Positions 1-9,230 of a DNA stretch of 64,000 bases are shown in pieces. The translations under genes were made by a program, and so were the position numbers. This stretch comes from a virus. The number at the start of each line of letters is the position of its first letter. Position 1 is the first letter of the stretch. The DNA lies in the IMG/VR virus record IMGVR_UViG_3300011113_000621, positions 1 to 64,000 of that record; one strand, given 5' to 3'. The notes under the pieces were generated by a model. The model did no database searches and was not told where the DNA came from. It was given only the letters and a program-made list of their open reading frames with translations.

Positions 1-1040
1 GCATTGACAATGTTTCAGAAAACAATGCAACTGCTGGACAACAAAATTTACAAGCAAGTCTATGGTCTAACAGTGCAGCAATTACTTCAATTCGTTTTGC
101 ATTATCTGGCGGAAACTATGCCCAATACTCAACCGCAACCTTGTATGGCGTGACATCTGCTGGCTATGGCGCAAAGGCTACTGGCGGAATCATCAGTCAA
201 GATGCTAATTATTTGTATCATACTTTCTTTAGCACAGGAACATTTACGCCAAGTGCTAATATCACTTGTGACTATCTAGTTGTAGCAGGTGGTGGTGGTG
301 CTGGAGATGACTACGCAGGTGGTGGAGGTGCAGGTGGACTTCGTTCAACTGTTGGTAATACTGGTGGTGGAGGTTCTTTAGAATCTGCCGTTGCTTTTAC
401 TAGCGGAACTGCATATACAATCACTGTTGGTGCAGGCGGTGCTGGAACAACAACAGGTGGAACAACAGGTAATGTTGGAAGCAACTCATCTATTTCTGGT
501 TCTGGTTTCACAACTATCACTTCTACTGGAGGAGGAGGTGGTGGTGGTATTGACAAAGCAGTATCTAATGGTGGTTCAGGTGGCGGTGCTGGTACTTCAA
601 ATACTTCTCCATACACAGTCGCAGGTGGTACTGGAACTGCTAATCAAGGCTATAATGGTGGTTCTGCTACAAAAGTTAGCGGTGGCTCTTATCCCGTTGA
701 AGGTGGCGGTGGTGGAGCAGGAGCCGTAGGTGGTAATGGTGGTGGAACCTCATCAGGTAATGGTGGCGCTGGTGTTTTACTTACAACTTGGGCAACAGTA
801 ACAGGTGCAGGAGTAAATAGTTACTTCGCAGGCGGCGGTGGTGGTGGTGGTTACGCACCATATGGAATTACTGCTGGCACAGGCGGTGCTGGTGGCGGTG
901 CTAATGGAACAAATGTTGATGGTGCCGCAGGAGCATCTGCATCTGCTAATACTGGCGGTGGTGGAGGTGGTGGAGGTGGAAACCAAGGTAATGGTGGTAA
1001 CGGTGGCTCTGGAATCGTAATAGTTAGATACGCAAAGTAA
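1..1040 (+). CDS. Glycine-rich putative virion fibre/surface protein, 5'-truncated by the window edge
   Basis: Frame is open from base 3 (IDNVSENNAT...LWSNSAAITSI...YSTATLYG) into the listed 141..1040 ORF. It has GGGGAGG repeats and ends GGSGIVIVRY, typical of phage Gly-rich domains. Confidence 0.7.
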   Translation, partial: IDNVSENNATAGQQNLQASLWSNSAAITSIRFALSGGNYAQYSTATLYGVTSAGYGAKATGGIISQDANYLYHTFFSTGTFTPSANITCDYLVVAGGGGAGDDYAGGGGAGGLRSTVGNTGGGGSLESAVAFTSGTAYTITVGAGGAGTTTGGTTGNVGSNSSISGSGFTTITSTGGGGGGGIDKAVSNGGSGGGAGTSNTSPYTVAGGTGTANQGYNGGSATKVSGGSYPVEGGGGGAGAVGGNGGGTSSGNGGAGVLLTTWATVTGAGVNSYFAGGGGGGGYAPYGITAGTGGAGGGANGTNVDGAAGASASANTGGGGGGGGGNQGNGGNGGSGIVIVRYAK

Positions 1041-1049
1041 AGGAAAACA

Positions 1050-1394
1050 ATGGCACATTTCGCTAAGATAGAAAATAATATAGTTCAGGAAGTATTAGTT
1101 GTTCCTGATCAAGAAGAACATCGTGGGCAAGAGTTCCTTGCTAACGACTTAGGACTAGGTGGGACTTGGATTCAAACAAGTTACAACCACAGAATCCGCA
1201 AGCAATATGCTGGCATTGGTTTCAAGTATGACGCTGATGCTGATGTCTTTATTGCACCACAGCCATTCCCTTCGTGGAGCCTAGATGCTAACCACGACTG
1301 GCAGGCACCAAAGGCTAAGCCTGAAGATGGCTTGGTCTATTTCTGGAACGAAGAGAAACTAGATTGGGAGGCGTTTGTCAATGACGCAATATAA
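1050..1394 (+). CDS. Conserved phage protein accompanying Gly-rich fibre genes (possible fibre chaperone)
   Basis: AAGGA RBS; MAHFAK...WIQTSYN...RKQYAGIG.KYD...DVFIAPQPFPSW motif commonly seen beside Gly-rich phage genes. Confidence 0.6.
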   Translation: MAHFAKIENNIVQEVLVVPDQEEHRGQEFLANDLGLGGTWIQTSYNHRIRKQYAGIGFKYDADADVFIAPQPFPSWSLDANHDWQAPKAKPEDGLVYFWNEEKLDWEAFVNDAI

Positions 1395-1611
1395 ACTCGT
1401 AGTTGATTGTGCTACAGGTAAGCAAGAGTACATTGCCCTTACCCCTGCTGAGATTGCAGAGCGTGACCAGGCTGCAGCCGCGGCTGCACAGGAGCAGCAA
1501 GCTCGTGAAGAAGCCGCAGCTGCAAAGGAAGCTCTTAAGGCGTCCGCACGTGCTAAACTTGTTTCAGGACAAACTCTTACAGAGGAAGAAGCAGCAGCAA
1601 TAGTTTTATAA
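1381..1611 (+). CDS. Small coiled-coil phage protein
   Basis: GGAGG precedes ATG at 1381; VVDCATG...LTPAEIAER...LTEEEAAAIVL. Confidence 0.55.
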   Translation: MTQYKLVVDCATGKQEYIALTPAEIAERDQAAAAAAQEQQAREEAAAAKEALKASARAKLVSGQTLTEEEAAAIVL

Positions 1612-1644
1612 CGCTTTTAAGGGGAGACAGGATATAGTGACACC

Positions 1645-2712
1645 ATGAAAGTCGCTGCCTACTGCGTTGCCTTAAACGAGGAAAAACACGTCGAGCGCTG
1701 GGTCGAAACAACCGCAGGTGCGGACTATCGTCTTGTGTGTGACACTGGATCAACAGACGGAACTGTAGAAAAATTACGCTCGTTAGGTGTAACTGTATTT
1801 GAGATACGAGTTAAGCCGTGGCGTTTTGACGTTGCCCGCAACACTGCACAGTCGCTGTTACCTGATGATATAGATGTATGTCACGTGATTGACATGGACG
1901 AAACAGTTGACGCGGACTTCTATGACAAGGTTCGTGAAAATTGGCAGGAGGGTGCAAACAAAGGCTGGCACGAGTTTGACACAGGTCATGTGTGGATGGG
2001 AGCCCGTTTACACGCGCGGCATGGAATTTATTGGCGTTGGCCAGTTCATGAGGCTTTTGTTCCCTCACTTAATACGCCGTTGCGCAGCGTGACAATTCCT
2101 GCAAAGATGTATCACAAGCCAGATAACACAAAATCACGCAGTCAATATCTTTCGATGTTAATCAACGCGTCAAAGGAATTTCCAAAGGATCACCGCATCT
2201 GGGTGTACCTATGTCGCGAGTACACATTTAATCAGATGTGGGAAGCTGTCATTGACGCTGCAGAGCAGGTAACTAAATACAGTGACGACTGGTATGTTGA
2301 AAGAGCTGCAGTGTGCCGTTGGGCAAGCGAGGCTAATCGTGCTCTAGGAAACGTTGAGGAGGCGCATCGCTGGATTGACAAGGCGATCGAGATAGATCCT
2401 TGCGGTGAAAATTACTTTGAAAAAGTTAGATGTTATTACGCAAAATCTAACTGGGGTGCGATGTGGGAGACATGTAAGAAGGTTTCCACGTGCGAGCCAA
2501 CAAAACATTACCTATCAAGTGAGGCGTTGTGGAGATGGCAGCTTCATGATATGAAGGCTCTTGCCGCACACTACCTTGGAGATCAACGCAAGGCAATCAA
2601 GTACGGAGAACTTGCACTTGAGGGAAGTCCTACCGACCAGCGTTTGAAAAATAACATGGAGTGGTATAAGAAGGGAATTCTTGCTCAAATAGAGGCAAAC
2701 AGTGGCAAGTAA
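1645..2712 (+). CDS. GT2-family glycosyltransferase with C-terminal TPR-like helices
   Basis: N-terminal GT-A motifs ALNEE, DTGSTDGT, RFDVARN, DMDE (DxD) and VHE; helical repeat C-terminus. Confidence 0.8.
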   Translation: MKVAAYCVALNEEKHVERWVETTAGADYRLVCDTGSTDGTVEKLRSLGVTVFEIRVKPWRFDVARNTAQSLLPDDIDVCHVIDMDETVDADFYDKVRENWQEGANKGWHEFDTGHVWMGARLHARHGIYWRWPVHEAFVPSLNTPLRSVTIPAKMYHKPDNTKSRSQYLSMLINASKEFPKDHRIWVYLCREYTFNQMWEAVIDAAEQVTKYSDDWYVERAAVCRWASEANRALGNVEEAHRWIDKAIEIDPCGENYFEKVRCYYAKSNWGAMWETCKKVSTCEPTKHYLSSEALWRWQLHDMKALAAHYLGDQRKAIKYGELALEGSPTDQRLKNNMEWYKKGILAQIEANSGK

Positions 2713-3610
2713 GGTATTTATCGCTATCCTTGCAAAGCAAAAGGAAAAGGTACTTCCATTATTCTTGCGCTCGCTTTATGATCTTGACTACCCTAAGGAA
2801 GACATTGCGCTATACGTGAGAACAAACAACAACACGGATAACACGCAACAGATTTTAGATGACTGGCTAAAAGAGCATCGCGCGGAGTATCACTACGTGC
2901 ACTATGATAACAGCGACATCGCAGATAACGTCGAGCAATACGGAGTTCACGAGTGGAACGGCGTGCGTTTTCGTGCGCTCGCAAAGATACGTCAGGCAAG
3001 TCTTGACGCGTTTCTAAGAAGTGACTGTGACTACTACTTTGTCATTGACGTTGACAACTTCCTGTTTCCTGAGACCCTAAAGGATCTTATTGAGGCTAGT
3101 AAGCCAATCATTGCTCCTTTATTGAGATACGCGGTCGCGACAGACGAATTTCCAGACTCTCCAGAGGACCAGGAGCGCGTAGGAAGTCACAAGTGTAGAT
3201 ATTACTCAAACTACCACCACATGGTAGATGACTACGGCTCGATACTAAATGAGCCAGTGTACTATCAACTTCTTCACCGCGTTGAAGGATATAAAGGTAT
3301 ATGGGACGTTGACTGTGTTCACTGCACGTATCTCATCAAGCGAGAACATGTAGATAAGCTTAGCTACCTTGAGGACTCAGATCGTTGGGAGTATATGGTC
3401 TTCTCGGAGTCTGCGCGTAAAGCTCGCATCAACCAATATTTGGACAACCGTAAGATCTACGGAATTCTTACTCTTACTGAGAACGGTCCAATGTGCGAGT
3501 GGTTGTTTGATCACCTAAAGGATCCGGCAACGCGCGACGAGCGCTACCAACAACATAATCCGCAGGACATCTTTTATACGCCTGAGAGGGCAGTAATACT
3601 AAGCGAGTAA
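2702..3610 (+). CDS. GT-A glycosyltransferase resembling the procollagen galactosyltransferase (COLGALT/LH3)/Anp1-type domain
   Basis: VFIAIL...LDYPK...TNNNTDNT...YFVIDVDNFL (DxD)...KPIIAPLL...VHCTYLI. Confidence 0.7.
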   Translation: MASKVFIAILAKQKEKVLPLFLRSLYDLDYPKEDIALYVRTNNNTDNTQQILDDWLKEHRAEYHYVHYDNSDIADNVEQYGVHEWNGVRFRALAKIRQASLDAFLRSDCDYYFVIDVDNFLFPETLKDLIEASKPIIAPLLRYAVATDEFPDSPEDQERVGSHKCRYYSNYHHMVDDYGSILNEPVYYQLLHRVEGYKGIWDVDCVHCTYLIKREHVDKLSYLEDSDRWEYMVFSESARKARINQYLDNRKIYGILTLTENGPMCEWLFDHLKDPATRDERYQQHNPQDIFYTPERAVILSE

Positions 3611-4579
3611 CTCGATACTTGTCTTTACCTTGGCGCTTACCAATATTGCCTCGGCAACCTTTAGGGTTTCAATTCCTGACTCAATTGACGTGACATTCTC
3701 AGATAGACCTAATACGTAGTCGCGGAATGCCTCGTGCTCTGCGAGTAAAGGTTCCTTACGGTTTAGTGAATATCGTGTAACGTCACCTTCCATAACACCT
3801 CTAAAGTTGTCTACGTCATATAAGGAGTTTGGATAATATGTCAACTGTGCATTTAGGGTATCCGCAACGAGCGCGCCTTTTTCACCAAGTATCGTAGTCT
3901 CACGTACCTTAAATGGACTCAGCCAGTCAATCATGTGCGTTGCAACGATACCTCCGTTGAGTTGTCCAATAATTGAGACGATGTCCTCGTGCTCTTTGCC
4001 TGAGTGATACGCGGTATGCGCGGTTACAGTTTCATATTTTCTCTGCGCGATCCACGAGGTAAGATCAATATCGTGCGTTCCTAGATCCTTTACGACACCA
4101 ACGTCCGCAATACGTGTCGGGTGCCAGCCTTGCCTTCTTGTGTAGATCTGGTAGATCTTGCCAAGTTGGCCTGACTCGATACGTTTCTTTGCCTCAATAA
4201 GCGCGGGGTTATAGCGCTCGATTTGCCCAACAGCTCCAACAAGATGCGCGTTTGTAAGCGCGTAGGATATTCTTTGCGCTGAGTCTACGGAGTGTGCAAG
4301 TGGCTTTTCAATGAGAACGTTTGCTCCCATGTCAATGATCTCAAGCGCAACCTCCTCGTGAAGTACGGTAGGAACTGCAACTACACAGTAATCAATGTCT
4401 TTCTTAATAAGATCACTTATCTGGCTAAGCAGTATTTCCTTTTTAACTGCGTTTGTTGGGTCGCCAGCTGGGTCATACACACCCACGAGATCAACGCCAG
4501 AGAGGTTAGAGAGGACACGTGCGTGATTTCTGCCCATCACACCTAAGCCAATAAGTGCGGCCTTTAGATTGGCTCCCAC
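3599..4579 (-). CDS. Gfo/Idh/MocA NAD-dependent NDP-sugar 3-dehydrogenase (WbpB/WlbA-like)
   Basis: Rossmann GLGVMG, EKP motif, ERYNP, DLGTHDID. Confidence 0.85.
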   Translation of the reverse strand: MGANLKAALIGLGVMGRNHARVLSNLSGVDLVGVYDPAGDPTNAVKKEILLSQISDLIKKDIDYCVVAVPTVLHEEVALEIIDMGANVLIEKPLAHSVDSAQRISYALTNAHLVGAVGQIERYNPALIEAKKRIESGQLGKIYQIYTRRQGWHPTRIADVGVVKDLGTHDIDLTSWIAQRKYETVTAHTAYHSGKEHEDIVSIIGQLNGGIVATHMIDWLSPFKVRETTILGEKGALVADTLNAQLTYYPNSLYDVDNFRGVMEGDVTRYSLNRKEPLLAEHEAFRDYVLGLSENVTSIESGIETLKVAEAILVSAKVKTSIELLA

Positions 4580-5664
4580 TAGCTTCCAGCCTTTGCTACC
4601 TTATTAACTGCGTTGACGATCTTGTGAAGATCGCCCATGCTAAGCTTAGGGTGAACAGGAAGAGATAGAACCTGCTTACATGCGGTCTTTGTTTTCTTAA
4701 GATCAAAGTCCTTGTTAAACGAAGGAAGCTTATGAACTGGTGTTGGATAATACACACCTGAGCCAATGCCAAGTTTTTCAAGCTCCTGGGCAAATTGATC
4801 TCTGTCATGATCAACTACACGTATCGTGTATTGGTGATACACGTGCGTATAGCCAAACTCCTCAACAGGGACAATTACTCCTTCAAGGTTCTCGCTAAGA
4901 TACTTTGCGTTCTCGCGACGTAACAGGTTAGCGCGGTGAAGCTTACGTAGTTGAACTCGGCCAATTGCCGCGTGAATATCTGTCATGCGTAGGTTAAATC
5001 CAACAACCTCGTTTGCATATCGTTTTTCCATGCCTTGGTTGCGAAGAAGACGTGCGTATCTTTCTACATTTTCATCTAGGGTAACAACCATGCCGCCCTC
5101 ACCGCTGGTCATGTTCTTTGTTGGATAAAACGAAAACGCAGCCGCGTCGCCAAATGATCCAACGTTTTGTCCAAGAATTTGAGCTCCGTGAGCTTGAGCC
5201 GCGTCTTCAATGACAAGTAGGTTGTGCTTCTCCGCGATGGCAAGAATTTTTTCCATGTTTGCGGGGTGTCCGTAGAGATGAACTACCTGTATCGCGCGTG
5301 TCTTCTTTGTTATTGCAGCCTCAATAGCCTTAGGATCAATGTTAAACGTGTCAAGCTCGATGTCAACAAACACAGGCGTCGCGCCAGTTAGAGCAACTGA
5401 GTTTGCAGTTGCGGCAAACGTAAAGCTTGGAACGATGACCTCGTCGCCCTGCTTTATACCAAGCGATAACAATGCGACGTGTAGAGCTGAGGTTCCGGAG
5501 TTGACGGCAACGCAACGTCGTCCGTCTACCCAGTTAGAGAATTCTTTTTCAAAGGCAAGTACCTGTGGTCCTTGTGCCATGCCGCCTGAGCGTAAAACCT
5601 TGTCAACCGCTTTTCTTTCACCGCGACCAATGTCAGGACTTGCTACGGATATAAACTTACTCAT
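4579..5664 (-). CDS. DegT/DnrJ/EryC1/StrS PLP-dependent NDP-sugar aminotransferase (WbpE-like)
   Basis: NSGTSAL, VHLYG, EDAAQAHGA, SFYPTKNMTSGEGG (PLP lysine), LSLPVHP. Confidence 0.92.
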   Translation of the reverse strand: MSKFISVASPDIGRGERKAVDKVLRSGGMAQGPQVLAFEKEFSNWVDGRRCVAVNSGTSALHVALLSLGIKQGDEVIVPSFTFAATANSVALTGATPVFVDIELDTFNIDPKAIEAAITKKTRAIQVVHLYGHPANMEKILAIAEKHNLLVIEDAAQAHGAQILGQNVGSFGDAAAFSFYPTKNMTSGEGGMVVTLDENVERYARLLRNQGMEKRYANEVVGFNLRMTDIHAAIGRVQLRKLHRANLLRRENAKYLSENLEGVIVPVEEFGYTHVYHQYTIRVVDHDRDQFAQELEKLGIGSGVYYPTPVHKLPSFNKDFDLKKTKTACKQVLSLPVHPKLSMGDLHKIVNAVNKVAKAGS

Positions 5665-6178
5665 GCCAGTATTCTACCTTACCTTCTGCAGTTACAGTTG
5701 CGACAACGCGTGCTGGAACACCCATCACGAGTGAAAATGGCGGAACATCCTTGGTCACAACGGCGCCTGCTGCAACGACTGCCCAGCGACCAATTTTAAC
5801 TGGCGCTACACATATTGCGCCTGCGCCGATTGATGCGCCTTCCTCAACCTCAACTCCGACAGCATGCCAGTCGCTTGAATCTTTTTGCGTCATGTCTGCG
5901 TTGACTGCTCGCGGATAGTGATCATTTGTAAAGATAACTCCTGGACCTATAAAAACTCCGTCGTGCACCTTTGCAGGTTCATAGATCATCGCGCCGTTTT
6001 GGATTTTTGAATTGTCACCAATATGCACGTCAGTTCCAACGTATGCACCTTTTCCAACTATAACGTTTTTTCCAAGATGCGCACCTTTGCGGACTTGAGC
6101 ATGATGCCAGACACGCACACCGTCTTGTAAAGATACACTATCCTCAACACTAGCAGAAGCTTCTACGTGTATTGTCAT
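5657..6178 (-). CDS. Left-handed beta-helix NDP-aminosugar N-acetyltransferase (WbpD/WlbB-like)
   Basis: Hexapeptide repeats, VWH, FIGPGVIFTNDHYPR, GAVVTKDVP...GVPAR. Confidence 0.88.
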   Translation of the reverse strand: MTIHVEASASVEDSVSLQDGVRVWHHAQVRKGAHLGKNVIVGKGAYVGTDVHIGDNSKIQNGAMIYEPAKVHDGVFIGPGVIFTNDHYPRAVNADMTQKDSSDWHAVGVEVEEGASIGAGAICVAPVKIGRWAVVAAGAVVTKDVPPFSLVMGVPARVVATVTAEGKVEYWHE

Positions 6179-6681
6179 ACCTTGTCCTTTTTCTTCTTTG
6201 TCTTTTTCTTACGTGGCTTTACTTTCTTTTCCTTTTTTTGAGCGTGATATGCATCTACCGCGTTAGCGCTCGTTCGCGAGCGCCAGGTAAAGTCACAGGC
6301 CTCGCACTTAACAAGCTTCATCGTGTTCCAACGTCCACCACCAGGAACGTCGACTACCAACGTATGTAATTTATTAGGTCGAGCGTTGCAATATGGACAC
6401 TGTGGAAAACGTTGACGTCGTGATTCCTGACCGTTCCATGAGACAGATAGTGTTCTTCTTATCTCACCTTCGTCTTTTCCACCCCAGATTCCCCAGATCT
6501 GTCTGTGCTCTAACGCCCACTTTAAGCATTCCTGTCTTGCAGGGCAAAGAAAACAAAGATTTTTTGCTTGGTATTTTTCAAAAGGTTGAGTTGAGAAAAA
6601 ATATTCACGTATCTTTTGATTTTCTGACTTAGCACACAAGGCTTCCTTTTGCCAGTCTAAACTTTTAGGAGTTACACTCAT
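6175..6681 (-). CDS. whiB: WhiB-family Fe-S transcription factor with C-terminal Zn-ribbon and basic tail
   Basis: WQKEALC...CFLCPARQEC..WAL...WGIWGG; extra CPYC...CEAC and Lys-rich end. Confidence 0.85.
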   Translation of the reverse strand: MSVTPKSLDWQKEALCAKSENQKIREYFFSTQPFEKYQAKNLCFLCPARQECLKWALEHRQIWGIWGGKDEGEIRRTLSVSWNGQESRRQRFPQCPYCNARPNKLHTLVVDVPGGGRWNTMKLVKCEACDFTWRSRTSANAVDAYHAQKKEKKVKPRKKKTKKKKDKV

Positions 6682-7055
6682 GTAAGTAGCACCTCAACCC
6701 AGGTAACCGGAGTTACATTATCAACTACATCTCCGTATGGTGTTTCTCCGTTTTCATCGCAAACTGAAAGATCGATGTCTCCGTCTACCTCTCCAGCGTA
6801 TCCAATTGAGATCTTTGCATTTTCTAAAGATTGAAAACCATTTCCTAATGAAATTGATATTCCATCACGCTGCAGTGCGGATGCAAGTGCGCGGCGTATT
6901 AACTCGTTCTCGAGGTCAACGTGCTCATCGGTAAAGAAAACTATGCTTTCATCAAGTAGCGGATCAAAGCCGTCACCTGTCCACTCTTTCCATAAAAGTT
7001 CGCCTACGCGTGAGTCCTTCACGATATTCCTCATCTGGGGAGATGGATAGATCAT
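6678..7055 (-). CDS. Hypothetical acidic protein
   Basis: ORF overlaps the whiB start by 4 nt; no recognisable motif; true start may be a downstream GTG. Confidence 0.55.
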   Translation of the reverse strand: MIYPSPQMRNIVKDSRVGELLWKEWTGDGFDPLLDESIVFFTDEHVDLENELIRRALASALQRDGISISLGNGFQSLENAKISIGYAGEVDGDIDLSVCDENGETPYGDVVDNVTPVTWVEVLLT

Positions 7056-7160
7056 ATATCGAGTGGAGTATTCTCGCGATAAGAATCACCGATTATTTTT
7101 TACACGTGAGATTACCCTAGACCTGTAGAGATAGGGTCTTAAAGAGGCAGTGAGTGACTA

Positions 7161-7688
7161 TTAAGCGGCGTTATAAGTGCCAAGATAGAGTTCGCCTTGG
7201 GCATTAGGCCATAGGTATTGATAGTACTCTGGGCGATAACCTTTATCCTCTGGCCAGCCAAACTGTGAGTACCAAGGATAATCTTTACGTAGAAGCGCTA
7301 TACGATGAGTCGATGCAAGCTGTTCATACTTTTCAATATCCTGCATCCAGGATGGAAACTTAAGATCGTCGTCTATACGGCCTATCTTTACCGCATGGTC
7401 ATAGGTAGAAAATATCTTAGGTAGCATTGTTGAGTTAAAGCCGCGGCTAACCCACTCGTTGTAGCAGGCAAGCGTGTATGCGACTAGAGCAGTTTCGTAA
7501 CCGCGCCACATATTTGCCGCAGGGTGATTTGCCCAGCCTTTTGGGTCACGGTTGTTATTGTTAGGGTCAAGACGGCTGATGGTTAAAAGTAATTGCCATG
7601 CCTCAAGTACTTGCTTGTTTAGGCGCTTATTATCAAGCTCGCGAGCAATGTGCTCAAACGAATCAGTATGAGGTAAGAATGTTTGCAT
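7161..7688 (-). CDS. Pyrimidine-dimer DNA glycosylase-like protein (MSMEG_6728 / T4 endonuclease V superfamily)
   Basis: MQTFLP...LDNKRLNKQVLEAWQ...HPAANMWRGYE...HRIALLRKD..WY...YLWP. Confidence 0.8.
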   Translation of the reverse strand: MQTFLPHTDSFEHIARELDNKRLNKQVLEAWQLLLTISRLDPNNNNRDPKGWANHPAANMWRGYETALVAYTLACYNEWVSRGFNSTMLPKIFSTYDHAVKIGRIDDDLKFPSWMQDIEKYEQLASTHRIALLRKDYPWYSQFGWPEDKGYRPEYYQYLWPNAQGELYLGTYNAA

Positions 7689-7713
7689 GGTCGTCCTTTG
7701 TCATTAGGGGTTT

Positions 7714-7724
7714 ATTATATCAGG
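7714..7724 (-). promoter_or_regulatory. Extended -10 promoter CCTGATATAAT
   Basis: Identical 11-mer at 62842 and 63453; upstream of the glycosylase gene. Confidence 0.6.
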
Positions 7725-7995
7725 AACCTTGGTCGTAGTCCTCCTGATTTCCTGGGTCCTCATATTCATCAATTTGGTCAATTGGGACATATATACCTAC
7801 CACCGTTACACGTCCACAGGCGGTACACTCGTTGACGGCGCCTGGAGATAGTTGAATTGGCACGTTTACACTTACCAGGCGCGTGATGATATTACCTCTT
7901 TCATCAACGCTATCTGGCTCCCAAACTGAGTTTTCGTCAATCCAACAACGCTCACATATTGGGACAAGTTCCTCCTCGCCGCCGCGAATACTCAT
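7720..7995 (-). CDS. Small putative Zn-binding protein
   Basis: CERC and CTAC pairs; translationally coupled to the upstream MTase-like gene. Confidence 0.55.
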   Translation of the reverse strand: MSIRGGEEELVPICERCWIDENSVWEPDSVDERGNIITRLVSVNVPIQLSPGAVNECTACGRVTVVGIYVPIDQIDEYEDPGNQEDYDQGS

Positions 7996-9230
7996 GTGTA
8001 CATCTTCTTTGCAGCTTGACGTGAGAAACCGCGATCTGTATCAATTAAAAATTCTCTATCACCAATTTTTTGTGCATCGCCTTGTTGTGGATTTCCCTCT
8101 AGTGATTCCTTAAGTGCCTTTGCAATCCATGAGGCTGCTTGCACTGGAACTGCCTTTCCCCACGTTGCCGCGAGCGCAGAGTAATCCTTTGATCCTTCAA
8201 TGTCCCAATCATCAGGAAGTCCCTGCATGCGTGCGCACTCTCTATGAGTTATAAGTCTTGGCTGTGTCGGGTGAATAACATGCTCTAACGCAGAGCCAGT
8301 TAACACGTTACACCAGTGATCTTCCTTCCATCGATAAGGTTGACTAAAGCCTAGCTTAAACTCTCTACGCTTAATACGTGGAGCCACATCAATCCACGTT
8401 TGAGGAAACGTATTATCGTTCATTTCCACTGCAAGCTTTACAGCCTTTCCAAGATCTCCGTTTCCTGGCCAGTTTTCGTTTCCTATTATGTCGAATACAT
8501 CTTTTATTCTTTGAACATGTATGTTGTTTTTTCCAATGTGCCCATCTACCTTTTGACTTTTAGATCTAAGATGTTTAACATGCTTTGATGGCGCAGGCTC
8601 AGTGTAAGGTTGTTTACTCCAACTTTGTGGCATTTCTGCAAGATCACCAATGATGTCCATAATCCTTGGAAGCTCTTTAGTCTTTGGCGTTGTAACGTCG
8701 AACTTAAGTCCTTTTCTTACAGCAACCCAAAAGTATCTTGGACGATAAGAAAATCCACCAAGTTGTAGGTTATTGTGTTTAACGTGATAAAGATCATACT
8801 TTTTACCAGAAACTTCCTCGACCATATCGCGATACTTAAGCATTACATCTCTACCTTGAGTATAGGCTTGTTGAACACACTCAAAGACGACCGCTTGAGG
8901 TTTTACGCGTCCTGCGTATTTCATAAATGCCCTTGTGTGTTCATGCGCCTTTGCATCAATTCCTCTATTACTCGGCCCTGACCATACCGACCATCCTGAG
9001 CATGGCGGACAACCAAGAACTATGTCTGTCTTCTTTGTTTCCCACTCGCTTGCATCATCTGAGAAGTTTGCTATCCAATTGTTTCCCATATGAGTTCTGT
9101 TGTTTTCAACTACCTGGTTTCCAAAGTTTAATGTCCCTGTGCGATGAATCATTTCCATTTCATTTTGCACAAAGCCAAGACTCATAAAGCCAGCAAGACC
9201 ATTGCAGTCAACAAACGTCATTTGTGACAT
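7992..9230 (-). CDS. Divergent C5-cytosine DNA methyltransferase-fold enzyme
   Basis: Motif IV GCPPCSGWS, VI FECV, VIII RPRYFWVA, IX RLITHRECARMQGLPDDW, X GKAVP; motif I degenerate (DCNGLAGF). Confidence 0.8.
   Translation of the reverse strand: MSQMTFVDCNGLAGFMSLGFVQNEMEMIHRTGTLNFGNQVVENNRTHMGNNWIANFSDDASEWETKKTDIVLGCPPCSGWSVWSGPSNRGIDAKAHEHTRAFMKYAGRVKPQAVVFECVQQAYTQGRDVMLKYRDMVEEVSGKKYDLYHVKHNNLQLGGFSYRPRYFWVAVRKGLKFDVTTPKTKELPRIMDIIGDLAEMPQSWSKQPYTEPAPSKHVKHLRSKSQKVDGHIGKNNIHVQRIKDVFDIIGNENWPGNGDLGKAVKLAVEMNDNTFPQTWIDVAPRIKRREFKLGFSQPYRWKEDHWCNVLTGSALEHVIHPTQPRLITHRECARMQGLPDDWDIEGSKDYSALAATWGKAVPVQAASWIAKALKESLEGNPQQGDAQKIGDREFLIDTDRGFSRQAAKKMYT

Noticed and set aside
290-1010. GGT/GGA-rich repeats
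   Set aside because: These are Gly codons of the fibre protein, with no repeat-spacer structure; not CRISPR.
3599-6178. Bacterial O-antigen/capsule locus, i.e. a host-prophage boundary
   Set aside because: The genes overlap phage genes on both sides, and no flippase, polymerase, integrase or att site is evident.
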